Assembly: GCA_963666515.2 (NCBI GenBank) | Contig: OY762897.2 | Coordinates: 4,320,001 to 4,384,000 of the forward strand | Direction of reading: 5' to 3' | Length of the DNA stretch: 64,000 nucleotides | DNA from: Candidatus Binatia bacterium | Lineage (GTDB): Bacteria; Desulfobacterota; Binatia; UBA9968; JAJDTQ01 | Shown here: positions 37,944 to 49,500 of the stretch, in pieces | Position numbering within the stretch: position 1 is the first letter of the stretch | Layout of the letters: every line of letters starts with the position of its first letter | The notes under the pieces: generated by a model | What the model was told of the DNA's origin: nothing | Seen by the model: only the letters and a program-made list of their open reading frames with translations | Database searches by the model: none | Position numbers and translations under genes: made by a program

Positions 37944-38944
37944 CATCGTCCACGCCACGGCTCGGCATGGTGCTGTACCACGGCATCGACAGCGGCGACG
38001 AGTTGCGGAACTACGCCCGCCTCGCCGAGGAGGCCGGCTTCGATTCCCTGTGGGTGACCGAGCGCTACTTCCACGAGGAGACCTTCTCGCTGCTGGGATT
38101 CCTCGCCGCGGCCACCACGCGCATACGGCTCGGCCTGGGCGTCACCAACCCATACACGCGGAACCCGGCGCTGCTGGGCATGAGCGCGGCGACCCTGGAC
38201 CGGATCTCCGGGGGCCGCTTCCTGCTGGGCCTGGGCCGGAGCGACAAGTGGGTGATCGAGGGCCGCATGGGCATGCCCTACCAGCGGCCGCTGGAGCACA
38301 TGAGGGAAACGGTGGCGCAGCTCAGGCAGCTCCTGGCCGGCGAGCGCGTCAGCGGCGCAGGCGCGTATTGGGACCTGAAGTCCGTGCGCTTGGCGGTCAA
38401 CCCCGCGCAGGAGAACCTGCCCATCTACCTGGCCGCCATCGGCCCCAAGGCGCTGCGGCTGGCGGGTGCAGTGGCCGACGGCGTCCTGCTCAACGCCTAC
38501 GTCCCCGCGAGCTACGTGCGCTACGCGGTCCAGGAGATCGCCGCCGCGGCCCGTGAGGCCGGCCGCGATCCGGCGTCCATCGACATCGCCTGCATGTTGA
38601 TCGTGCGTCTCACCGACGATCCCGCGCGCATGATGCCGGCCCTCAAGGAGCGGATGGTGCGGCTCGTGGCCGAGCCCTTTGTGGGAGAGGTGCTGCTGGA
38701 GCGGGGCGGCTTCGATCCCGGCATCCTGCCGTCGTTGCGCGCCACCGCCGAGAATCAAGGCGAGAAGGCCGCCGTGGGCCTGATCACCGACGCCATGGTG
38801 GAGGCGTTCTACCTGCTGGGTGACGCCTCGGAGTGCCGCCGCCGGATTGCCGAATACCGTGAAGCCGGGGTGGACCATCCGCTGCTGCTGCCCCGGCTGG
38901 AGGACTACGAGCGCGCCGTCGAGGCCCTCGGGCCGCGCCTGTAA
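37940..38944 (+). CDS. LLM-class flavin/F420-dependent oxidoreductase
   Basis: AEEAGFDSLWVTE, GRFLLGLG, AGAVADG. Confidence 0.9.
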   Translation: MTSSTPRLGMVLYHGIDSGDELRNYARLAEEAGFDSLWVTERYFHEETFSLLGFLAAATTRIRLGLGVTNPYTRNPALLGMSAATLDRISGGRFLLGLGRSDKWVIEGRMGMPYQRPLEHMRETVAQLRQLLAGERVSGAGAYWDLKSVRLAVNPAQENLPIYLAAIGPKALRLAGAVADGVLLNAYVPASYVRYAVQEIAAAAREAGRDPASIDIACMLIVRLTDDPARMMPALKERMVRLVAEPFVGEVLLERGGFDPGILPSLRATAENQGEKAAVGLITDAMVEAFYLLGDASECRRRIAEYREAGVDHPLLLPRLEDYERAVEALGPRL

Positions 38945-39019
38945 GGGACGGGCCGCCCCGTGCATGGCCCGACAGCGACACAAAACCACCTGTCCAGATG
39001 ATAAGACTTTAACATTCAT

Positions 39020-40330
39020 ATGATAAACACCGACCCTCACGCGCCGCACCCGCGGCCCCGCAACCCGCTCAACGTCCGGTTCTTCTACGGCTGGGTCGTG
39101 GTGGCGACGACCTTCACGGCGTCGCTTCTGGCCGCGGGCATCCGCGCCGCGCCCCAGACCTTCGTGCGCCCGCTGGAAGCGGAGTTCGGCTGGGGGCGCG
39201 GAGCGATAAACGCCGCCGTAAGCATCAACCTGGTGCTCTACGGCGCCATCGGCCCATTCGCCGGGCGCGTCCAGGATCGCCGGGGGCCGCGGGTGGTGAT
39301 GCTCGTGGCGCTGGCGCTGCTGGCGTTGGGGGCGGGGGCCACCGCGTCCATCAACCGCCTGTGGGAGTTCTTGCTGGTGTGGGGGTTGATCGTCGGCACC
39401 GGCGCGGGCGGCATCTCGTCGGTGCTGGCCGCCAGCGTGGCCCATCGCTGGTTCGTGCGCCATCGCGGCGTGGTGCTGGGCCTGTTGAACAGCGCCGGCT
39501 CCACCGGGCAGCTCATCTTCATCCCGGTAGTGCTGGGCATGGTCGTGGCCTGGGGCTGGCGCGTCGCCGCCATGACCCTTTCGAGCCTGGGGGTGGTGGC
39601 CTTCGTGCTGGTGTGGTGGCTCATGCGCAACGATCCGGCCGAGGTCGGGGACGAGGCGCTGGGCGAATCGGAGGCCAATGCCTCCGCGGCGGCGCAGCCG
39701 GGCGGCGTCCCGCCGGTCACCGCCACCACGGTGCGGGACGCGGTCCGGACGCGGACGTTCTGGCTCCTGGCCGGCGGCTACGCCATCTGCGGCGGGACGT
39801 CCAACGGCCTCATCGGCGCCAACATGATCCCGCACGCCCTGGACATCGGCATCAGCCACCAGGTGGCCAGCGTGACCGTGGGGATCATGGCCGGCCTGAA
39901 CTTCGTCGGCACCATGGGGGCCGGGTGGCTCTGCGACCGCATGGACCCGCGCAAGGTGCTGGCCTGGATCTACGCTCTGCGGGCGGTGTCGCTGTTCATC
40001 CTGCCGTCGGTCACCGGCCCCGCCGGCATGTTCGTCTTCGCGGTGATCTACGGTCTGGACTGGTTCGCCACGGTGCCGCCGGTGGTGGCCATCGCCGGCA
40101 ACACCTTCGGCAAGAACTCGGTGGGCAGCATCTACGGCCTGATCTTCCTGGCGCACCAACTGGGCGGCGCCGCCATGGCCCAGGGCAGCGGCATCGCCTA
40201 CGACGTGTTCGGCGACTACGTTCCGTCGTTCCTCACCGGCGCGGTGCTGGCCGTGCTGGCCGCGGGCATGTCGATGGCCATCGCCAAGGACCCGCCACGG
40301 CCGACGTTGTCCGCGCCTCAGCCGGCGTGA
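39020..40330 (+). CDS. MFS transporter
   Basis: About 12 TM; YGLDWFATVPP. Confidence 0.9.
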   Translation: MINTDPHAPHPRPRNPLNVRFFYGWVVVATTFTASLLAAGIRAAPQTFVRPLEAEFGWGRGAINAAVSINLVLYGAIGPFAGRVQDRRGPRVVMLVALALLALGAGATASINRLWEFLLVWGLIVGTGAGGISSVLAASVAHRWFVRHRGVVLGLLNSAGSTGQLIFIPVVLGMVVAWGWRVAAMTLSSLGVVAFVLVWWLMRNDPAEVGDEALGESEANASAAAQPGGVPPVTATTVRDAVRTRTFWLLAGGYAICGGTSNGLIGANMIPHALDIGISHQVASVTVGIMAGLNFVGTMGAGWLCDRMDPRKVLAWIYALRAVSLFILPSVTGPAGMFVFAVIYGLDWFATVPPVVAIAGNTFGKNSVGSIYGLIFLAHQLGGAAMAQGSGIAYDVFGDYVPSFLTGAVLAVLAAGMSMAIAKDPPRPTLSAPQPA

Positions 40331-41514
40331 TGGAGAACCCCATGTCTTGTGATCCCGACTACCTCAGCTTTTCCGGTGCCGAGTACCAGCGCCGCAACGC
40401 GGCCGTGCAGGCGCGCATGGACCGCATGGGCCTTGACGCCGTGGTGTTCTACGGCAGCCGCACGGCGCCGGACATCCACTACCTGTGCAACTGGCTCACC
40501 ACCAGCGAGGCGTATTTCATCTACCCGCGCCGGGGAGAGCCCACGCTCTTCGTGCAGCTTTCCAACCACCTGCCCAACGCCAAGCGCATGGCCGTCATCG
40601 ACGACGTGCGCTTCGGCGGCTCCAGCCCCACGGGCTCGGTGGACTCGGTGCCGCGGGTGCTGGAAAACCTGAAGGACCGGGGCCTGGAGAAGGGCTCGGT
40701 GGGCCTGTGCGGCAGCGTTCCCTACCGGCACTACCTGCGGCTCGTGGAGGCGTTGCCCGGGGTGGAGTGGAAGGACTTCAGCGCCCAGATGCGCGATCAG
40801 AGGCAGGTCAAGAGCGCCGAGGAGATCGAGCGCCTGCGCGCGGCCGCGGCCATGAGCGACGACTCGGTGGCGGCTCTGAGGGAGCGGGCGCGCCCCGGCA
40901 TCCCCGAGCACGAGCTGGCCCGGATCGTCGAGGACGTCTACCTGGGCAAGGGCGGCATAAACGGCATCCACTTCATGATCACCACCTCCATGCACGACCC
41001 CAGGGGCGGCGTGCCGCAACAGCACCTGTCCAACCGCGTCCTCCAGAAGGGCGACGTGCTGGTCACCGAGATCAGCACCAACTACGCCGGCTACACCGGG
41101 CAGGTCCTGCGCACCTTCACCATCGGCGAGGAGCCCACCCCCGAATACAAGCGCCTCCACGACGCGGCCATGGAGGCCTTCGACCGCATCGCCGGCGTCA
41201 TCAGGGCGGGCGCCGGAACCGCGGAGGTGCTGGAGGCCGCGGACGTGGTCCACGAACGGGGCTTCACGGTCTACGACGACGTGGTCCACGGCGCCAGCCA
41301 GTTGCCCCCCATCCTGCGGACGTCCAGGACCAGCCGCGGGGCGCCGCCCGACTTCCGCTTCGAGACCGACATGTGCCTGGTGATCCAACCGAACGTGGTC
41401 ACGGAAGACGGCCTGCGCGGCGTCCAGTTCGGCGAGATGATGCGGGTGACCGGCGCCGGGCTGGAGAAGATGCACGACTGCCCGCGAGAGCTTATCGTGT
41501 GCCGCAACGGCTGA
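40330..41514 (+). CDS. M24 (Xaa-Pro aminopeptidase/creatinase-like) protein
   Basis: QVKSAEEIERLR, GDVLVTEI, QVLRT, VVHG; start at 40330 or 40342. Confidence 0.85.
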   Translation: MENPMSCDPDYLSFSGAEYQRRNAAVQARMDRMGLDAVVFYGSRTAPDIHYLCNWLTTSEAYFIYPRRGEPTLFVQLSNHLPNAKRMAVIDDVRFGGSSPTGSVDSVPRVLENLKDRGLEKGSVGLCGSVPYRHYLRLVEALPGVEWKDFSAQMRDQRQVKSAEEIERLRAAAAMSDDSVAALRERARPGIPEHELARIVEDVYLGKGGINGIHFMITTSMHDPRGGVPQQHLSNRVLQKGDVLVTEISTNYAGYTGQVLRTFTIGEEPTPEYKRLHDAAMEAFDRIAGVIRAGAGTAEVLEAADVVHERGFTVYDDVVHGASQLPPILRTSRTSRGAPPDFRFETDMCLVIQPNVVTEDGLRGVQFGEMMRVTGAGLEKMHDCPRELIVCRNG

Positions 41515-41522
41515 CCGTTCGC

Positions 41523-42077
41523 TTAGTGAAACGCTCTCAATGCTTCTGCTTTATCGTCTGCAGCTTGCTTCAAATCACTCAACCAGCGAATCAACCGCTG
41601 GAAACTACCGTCGATCAGATCAATCAAGAGAAAAATCGGATAAAGAACCGTAAATGCCCAAAAAAGCGGCGATCGCACTAGCATATGACGCAATTGGACC
41701 TGGATTGCCTGGGCGTAGATAGCTTGTAGTTGTGTCCTGAGTCCCTCATTGTCGATCTCGTTGATTTCATCGCCAAGGGTCCTTGTCTTCGGCACAGCAC
41801 CCCCATTGGCGATCAACATAGCGATCATGTCACCGAAAAGATTGACGTGTGCCCACCGTATTCGGTTGTTCAACCATTCCCGCAACGCTCGGTAGAGTGG
41901 ATCATCAAAGCTGATATGACCATTCACGGCGAGCATAAACAGCCGGTTTCTGAGTTCAAAATGCCGGTGTCTGGCAACGTCCATACAGAATGTCTGCCAG
42001 GGATGGGCAAAGAACCAGATAAGCACCGCCACGACAAGCAAGAACTCAACGGCATAATAGAATTCGTCAGGTGCCAT
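41523..42077 (-). CDS. Hypothetical membrane protein (184 aa)
   Basis: N- and C-terminal hydrophobic helices; lower GC. Confidence 0.7.
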   Translation of the reverse strand: MAPDEFYYAVEFLLVVAVLIWFFAHPWQTFCMDVARHRHFELRNRLFMLAVNGHISFDDPLYRALREWLNNRIRWAHVNLFGDMIAMLIANGGAVPKTRTLGDEINEIDNEGLRTQLQAIYAQAIQVQLRHMLVRSPLFWAFTVLYPIFLLIDLIDGSFQRLIRWLSDLKQAADDKAEALRAFH

Positions 42078-42079
42078 AG

Positions 42080-42472
42080 CTATAGGTCCTTTGGGTTAGT
42101 CTGCCCGGTCGGCAATAGGCCGCTTGAGGTACGCTCAGGGTCTATAGACTTCTCCAGCTCTTTTGTATGGCCTTGCATGCTGCTCATATTCTTTCGGCGT
42201 AATATCCGCTCACCGATAGCCCATATCAAGAAGATTACAGTCGTAACCCATGGTAAGCCACGAGCCGACTTCACAAACGAAAGCGATGCCCATATACCTG
42301 TTTCTCTTCCCGCAAGGGCGTCGATCGACAGAAAGGCGCAATACGCAATGGCGACCCACATCACTGCCGAGATGAAGCGGTTGATAGTCCTGAATACCAG
42401 ACTCCAGATGTAAACCTTGTTGGGCTCCAGAGAAGTATCGCCCGCATCGCCTTCGCCGTCATGTTGTGGCAT
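42080..42472 (-). CDS. Hypothetical two-TM protein (130 aa)
   Basis: Two hydrophobic segments; stop 2 nt from the next ATG; lower GC. Confidence 0.7.
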   Translation of the reverse strand: MPQHDGEGDAGDTSLEPNKVYIWSLVFRTINRFISAVMWVAIAYCAFLSIDALAGRETGIWASLSFVKSARGLPWVTTVIFLIWAIGERILRRKNMSSMQGHTKELEKSIDPERTSSGLLPTGQTNPKDL

Positions 42473-42705
42473 TGGCTACAACCTTGCGCTTCCAGCGGGT
42501 TCGGCGGGTCGGTGCTTCATGGCGTGTTTCCCTCCCCGTAAGCTTAGCAGGTAGCGCGATAAATTCCCGATTGTCAAGGCTCTGACATTTTTCAAACTGA
42601 GCCACTACCGGGCGAGACGAAAACCCCGCTCCTATATCTATAAATCGGCGGGATAACTCAATCCTAAAGCCCTGCCCTGAATTAAGTCAATGCCCGTAGA
42701 GCCGT

Positions 42706-42822
42706 CTCGGTGGCGGCGCTGAGGGAACGGGCGCGTCCCGGCAGCATCTGTCCAACCGATCTGGAGAAGATGCACGACTGCCCGCGAGAGCTTATCGTGT
42801 GCCGCAACGGTTGACCGTTCGC
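42706..42822 (+). pseudogene. Collapsed remnant of a second M24 allele
   Basis: Joined fragments matching 40863-40900, 41020-41036 and 41461-41522. Confidence 0.85.
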
Positions 42823-42883
42823 AAGCTGTCTGGCCCGCGGTCCAGGCGTTGTCCCGCGCCGGTGGGGTTGCTATGATCGAAGC

Positions 42884-43168
42884 ATGGCCGAGGCTATCGC
42901 TTTCGACAGTCATCGCTTCGTCAAGCGCCTGACCGAGAGCGGCTTCACCGAGAAGCAGGCTGAGACCCTCGCCGAAGAGCACGTCGCCCTCCTCAACGCC
43001 AACCTCGCCACCAAGGCCGACATAGCCAGGGTCGAAGCCGGTATGGAAGCCCTGCGGCACGAAACCACCGCAGCCATCGAGGCAGTGAAGGCCGAGCTTG
43101 TGAAATGGCTGTTCGGTGCGTTGATCGCCCAGGGCGGCCTGATCGTCGCCCTCGTCAAATTTCTCTAG
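42884..43168 (+). CDS. DUF1640/CCDC90-family protein
   Basis: FDSHRFVKRLTESGFTEKQAE...LATKADI...LVKW plus C-terminal TM. Confidence 0.85.
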   Translation: MAEAIAFDSHRFVKRLTESGFTEKQAETLAEEHVALLNANLATKADIARVEAGMEALRHETTAAIEAVKAELVKWLFGALIAQGGLIVALVKFL

Positions 43169-43204
43169 GCTCGCGCTTATGGCGCCAGCCGACCGTATCC
43201 CCCA

Positions 43205-43254
43205 CCGTTCGTCCTGAGCGTAGCTCCGTGCCAGCGGAGCGAAGTCGAAGGACG
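43205..43254. repeat. Dispersed palindromic repeat (second family)
   Basis: CCGTTCGTCCTGAGCGTAGC...GCGAAGTCGAAGGA, related to 25296-25334. Confidence 0.7.
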
Positions 43255-43580
43255 CCATTTCATACCTGACCGGCCCAAGAAGTGTTTCAAAGTGAGAATC
43301 GCGTCTCGAAATGAGAAATTATTTCCTGTTACTGCAATTATTTTCCATAACTATTGAGAATATATGAAATAGATCGAGAATTTCTCCATATGGCAGATGC
43401 CGTCCTGTCGCGTTTTGCGACATATGGGGCGAATACGCTCGATTCAGGTCATCAGAAAAAGTCCATTAATATTAAGAGGTTATATGATTTGACGCTTGTT
43501 GGCACGGTGAGTGCTCCATAGAAAGCGACGTTGCGTGGCGCTGACCCGCTACGCCGAGTCTGCTGAGAGAGGGCAAGCAC

Positions 43581-46500
43581 ATGACCGATTCCATCCAAGC
43601 GTTGACGACCGTTGCAAGCCGGAAGCGAGCATCCGCTTGCTGCTGCGACCCCGCAACCGCAACCCGGGGGAGCGCCCGCCTCCCGCGATGGGTGCTCGGG
43701 ATGCGTTTCCCGCGCATCGCCGTGGCCCTGTTCGCCGCTCTCGTGGCGATCGGTCTGACGGCAGTCCCTGCTGCGGCGCAGATCACCGTCAACCTGTCCA
43801 CGAGCGTGACGAGTTGGAACGAAGGGGCAGGGGCGACCCAGGTGACGGTGACGGTCAGTTCCGACTACAGCTTTATTGTGCCCATGGTGACGACGGTGTA
43901 CGTGGGCTACAACACCGACGGTGCTACGGAGGGCACCGACTATAACACGGTCAACAGCTTCGCGATCACGATCCCGGCAGACAATAATACCAAGAGCGCC
44001 ACGGGCACGTTCACGCTGACGCCGAAGCAGGACGCTCTGTTCGAGGGGGACGAGACGATCAAGGTCGGTGGCGTGACCAACCAGAGCGACATAAGCGTGA
44101 ACAGCACAAACATCACGCTGACCGACGATGATGTTCGGTTGACGGCGAGCGTGGCGAGCATGAACGAGGGGGACGCCGCGCGTACGGTAACGGTGACGGC
44201 CACTGCGGGCACTGCAACTTCGGCGAAACGGGGGATTGGAATCTACATCGGCGGCAACAACGACAGCGCCACCGAGGGAACCGACTACGCCACCGTAGCC
44301 GAACACACCATCAACATCGAGGCCAACCAGACCACCGGCTCGACGAGCTTCACCCTGACCCCGACCCAGGACAACTCGGCGGAAGGCGACGAGTCGCTCT
44401 CCATCACCGGATGGTTTGCGGGCGGCGGCTCGACGGTTGGAACCTCTATCGCCATCTACGACGACGACTACAGCCTGTCGGTGAACCCGTCGAGTCTGGA
44501 CGAGGATGCGGGGACGCGGCAGGTGACGGTGACGGCCTGCTGTGGTACGGCCGCGGGGGCGCGGAGCGTGCGGGTCAAGGTGGGCCAGAGCGGCGACTCC
44601 TTCAAGGAGGGCACGGACTACGAGACGGTTCGCGACTTCGACATCACGATTGCCGCCAATGCCACAAACGGCACGGGCACTTTCAACCTCGCGCTGCAGG
44701 ACGACGGCGTTTACGAGTTCACAAAAACGATCACGATCGCCGGCACCAGCTCGCACGGATCGGTCACGGGCACGAGCATATCCATCCACGATGACGACGC
44801 CGACCCCGCCGTCAGTCTGGAGTTGGCTGTGACGAGCGCGAGTGAGGCTGGCGGAGCGAAGACGGTGAAGGTGACCGCGTACAACCGCCTGGACACCTAC
44901 GACAGCTCGTGGGAAGTGGACGTGGAAGTGGGCAAGACCGGGGACAGCGCCACCGAGGGCACCGACTACGCGACGGTGGCCGACTTCACCATCAGATCCG
45001 CCAAACCCGGCGATACGTGGGCTTCAACGTCATTCACCCTGACCCCGACCAATGACACCGCAATCGAGGGAACCGAGAGAATCTCGGTGACAGGCACAAC
45101 GCTTATTGGAAACGCCAAAGTTGGAACCGCGTTCCTCAGCCTGACCGACGACGACGCGACTTCCATTGCCCTGTCGGCGAACAAGTCGAGCGTGAGCGAG
45201 GGCGCCTCGGCCACCACCGTGACCGTGACCGCGACCGCGGCCAAGAACCTGTCGGCGGCGGCGGCGGTGACGGTGTACGTGGGCGATTCCGGCACGGCCG
45301 ACTACGGCATCGACTACGCCAAGGTGTCGGACTTCACCATCAATATCGCCAGCGGCAGCAAGACCGGCACCGGCACCTTCACCCTGACGCCAACCGACGA
45401 TTCGGCGGTCGAAGGGAACGAGACCATCGGCATCGGGGGCTCCGTCACCGGCCACTCCCTGACCGGGACCAGCCTGACCCTGAGCGACAACGACACCCAT
45501 GCGATTACGCTGTCGGCGAGCCCGACCAGCGTGGCCGAGGACGCCTCCGCCACCTCGGTGACGGTGACGGCCACGGCGGCTTCGGCGATTTCGTCGGCGC
45601 GCACGGTGGCGGTGGCGGTGGGCGGCAGCGGCACGGCCACGTCGGGCACGGACTACGCCGCGGTGTCCAACTTCGACATCACCATCGCGGCCAACGCCAC
45701 CAGCGGCACGGGCACCTTCACCCTAACCCCGACCGACGACTCGTCGGTGGAAGGGGACGAGACCATCGGGATTGCGGGCAGCGGCACGAGCCTGACGGTG
45801 ACCGGCACCAGCCTGACCCTGAGCGAGGACGACACCTACGCGATTACGCTGTCGGCGAGCCCGACCAGCGTGGCCGAGAACGCTTCGGGCACCTCGGTGA
45901 CGGTGACGGCCACGGCGGGTTCGGCGATCTCGTCGGCGCGCACGGTGACGGTGGCGGTGGGCGGCAGCGGCGACGGCGCCACCGAGGGCACGGACTACGC
46001 CACGGTGAACGACTTCACCGTCACCATCGCGGCCAACGCCACGAGCGGCACCGGCACCTTCACCCTGACGCCGACCCAGGACACCTCGGCGGAGGGGGAC
46101 GAGACCGTCGGGATCACGGGCAGCGGCACGTTGATGACCGTGACCGGCACCAGCCTCGCGATCACCGACGACGACGTGCGGACCATCTCGCTCTCGTCCA
46201 ACAAGTCGACCGTGGCCGAAGGCGCCGGGGCGACGACGGTGACCGTGACCGCGACCGCCAACTCGGCAGTGACCGAGTCGACCACGGTGACGGTGTCCGT
46301 GGGCGACAGCGAAGACGGCGCCACCTCGGGCACGGACTACACGGCGGTCGACGACTTCACCGTCACCATCGCCAAGGACGCCACGACCGGCACCGGCACC
46401 TTCACGCTGACCCCCACCGACGACTCCACCTACGAGGCCGAGGAGTCGGTCTCGGTGAGCGGCAGCAGTTCGCCACACACGGTGACCGGCACGAGTCTCG

Positions 46501-49500
46501 CCATCGGCAACAACGACGGCATCGGCATCACGTTGTCGTTGAGTCCCACCAGCGTGGTCGAAGGCGCGGGATCGACCTCGGTGACGGTGACCGCTACCGC
46601 CACGAAGACGGCATTGGCGGCGATCACGCTGGACGTGCAGGTGGGCAAGACCACCGACAGCGCCACGGAGGGCACGGACTACCCGACGGTGAACGACTTC
46701 ACACTGACCATCGCCAAGGGCAGCAAGACCGGCACCGCCACCTTCAAGATCATCCCGAACGCCGACAAGAAGACCTCGGAAAGCAACGAGACGATCTCGG
46801 TGGACGGCACGGGCTCGCCGCACACGGTCACCGGCGCCAGCCTGACGCTGACCAACGCGACGGCCAGCAACCCGATCACCCTGTCGGTGAGTCCGTCGAG
46901 CTTGGGCGAAGCGGCCGGCGAGACCACGGTGACGGTGACCGCGCGCATGCAGACCTCCTTCAAAGGCGCCGGCGACGTGACCGTGACGGTGGGCGGTAGC
47001 GGCAGCGCGAAGTCGGGAACCGACTACGCCGCGGTGTCGGATATCGAGTTGAGCTTCTCCGCCGACAGCCCCACGACGGCGACCGGCACGTTCAAGCTGA
47101 CGCCGACCAACGACTCGCTGGTGGAGAGCAACGAAACGGTGTGGGTGGACGGCTCCTCCGACTACGGGCAGGTGGTGGGCGCCAGCGTGACGATCAACGA
47201 CAACGACGGGGCGGCGGTCACCCTGTCGGCGAACAAGACCAGCGTCAGCGAGGGGGCTTCCGCAACGTCCGTGACGGTGACGGCGACCGCCAGCGCGGCA
47301 AGTTCGAATGCGCGGACGGTGACGGTGGCGGTGGGCCAGAACGGCGACGGCGCCATCGAGGGAACGGACTACTCGGAGGTGTCGAATTTCGCCATCACGA
47401 TCGCGGCCAACAAGACGAGCGGCACGGGCACCTTCACCCTGACGCCCACGCAGGACGACGTGGTCGAAGGCAGCGAGAGCCTGACGATTTCCGGCAGCGG
47501 CTCGCAACTGAACGTCAGCAGCACCAGCATCTCCCTGACCGACGACGACACCGCGCCCGCCGTGAACCTGAGCGTGAGTCCGGCCAGCGTGACCGAAGGG
47601 GCCAGCGATCCCCTGAACCTGGAGGGCGGCGGCAAGACCGTGACGGTGACGGCGGCGTTCTCCCCCGCCAAGACCTACGCCTACGACCGGACCGTGGCGG
47701 TTTCGGTGGGCGGCAGCGGCAGCGCCACCTCGGGCACGGACTACGACGCGGTGTCGAACTTCAACGTCAAGATCAGCGCCGGCCAGAAGAGCGGTACGGC
47801 CACGTTCGACCTGAAGTCGACGGACGACAGCGACTACGAGGGCGACGAGACCATCGGCGTGGCCGGCACGTCCACCGGCCTGACGGTCAATTCGGTCAAC
47901 CTGACGCTGGCCGACAACGACAGCGCCGCGGTGACCGTGAACGACGCCAGCGCGGAAGAAGGCAGCAGCATGACCTTCACGGTAACGTTGGACAAAGCGG
48001 TGCAGGGCGGGCTGAAGGTGACGCCGAGCTATACCAACGTGACCGCTGCGGACGCCGATTACACGGCGAACACGACCGCGCTGACCTTCAGCGGCACGGC
48101 CAACGAGACCCATACCTTCACGGTATCGACCGTTGACGACGAAGTGGTTGAAGACACCGAGACCTTCACGGTGGGGTTGAGCGTTTCCGACGCGCCCTCC
48201 GGCGTGACGTCCACCGACACGGGCACGGGCACGATCAACCGGGTCGCCGGGAGCGGCGGCGACACCGCGGCCGTGACCATCAACGACGCCAGCGCGGAAG
48301 AAGGCAGCAGCATGACCTTCACGGTAACGTTGGACAAAGCGGTGCAGGGCGGGCTGAAGGTGACGCCGAGCTATACCAACGTGACCGCTGCGGACGGCGA
48401 CTACACGGCGAACACGGCCGCGCTGACGTTCACGGGCACGGCCAACGAGACCCGGACCTTCACGGTCTCGACCGTTGACGACGACGTGGTTGAAGACACC
48501 GAGACCTTCACGGTGGGGTTGAGCGTTTCCGACGCTCCCTCGGGCGTGACGTCCACCGACACGGGCACGGGCACGATCAACCGGGTCGCCGGGGGCGGCG
48601 GCGACAGCGCGACCGTGACCATCAACGACGCCAGCGCCGACGAGGGCAGCAGCATGACCTTCACGGTGACGCTGGACAAAGCTGTGCAGGGCGGCCTGAA
48701 GGTGACGCCGAGCTATACCAACGTGACCGCTGCGGACGGCGACTATACGGCGAACACGGCCGCGCTGACTTTCAGCGGCACGGCCAACGAGACCCGGACC
48801 TTCACGGTCTCGACCGTTGACGACGACGTGGTTGAAGACTCCGAGACCTTCACCGTGGGGTTGAGCGTTTCCGACGCTCCCTCGGGCGTGACGTCCACCG
48901 ACACGGGCACGGGCACGATCAACCGGGTCGCCGGGGGCGGCGGCGACAGCGCGACCGTGACCATCAACGACGCCAGCGCCGACGAGGGCAGCAGCATGAC
49001 CTTCACGGTAACGCTGGACAAAGCGGTGCAGGGCGGGCTGAAGGTGACGCCGAGCTATACCAACGTGACCGCTGCGGACGGCGACTATACGGCGAACACG
49101 ACCGCGCTGACCTTCAGCGGCACGGCCAACGAGACCCATACCTTCACGGTATCGACCGTTGACGACGAAGTGGTTGAAGACACCGAGACCTTCACGGTGG
49201 GGTTGAGCGTTTCCGACGCGCCCTCCGGCGTGACGTCCACCGACACGGGCACGGGCACGATCAACCGGGTCGCCGGGAGCGGCGGCGACACCGCGGCCGT
49301 GACCATCAACGACGCCAGCGCGGAAGAAGGCAGCAGCATGACCTTCACGGTAACGTTGGACAAAGCGGTGCAGGGCGGGCTGAAGGTGACGCCGAGCTAT
49401 ACCAACGTGACCGCTGCGGACGGCGACTACACGGCGAACACGGCCGCGCTGACGTTCACGGGCACGGCCAACGAGACCCGGACCTTCACGGTCTCGACCG

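Noticed and set aside
42572-42610. TGTCA-n6-TGACA palindrome and CAAACTGAGCCACTACC as a mobile-element end
   Set aside because: Single occurrence with no partner end or transposase; cannot be assigned from sequence alone
43280-43500. AT-rich tract with GAGAA motifs as an ncRNA or origin
   Set aside because: Most simply the adhesin promoter region; no defined structure or consensus I can support
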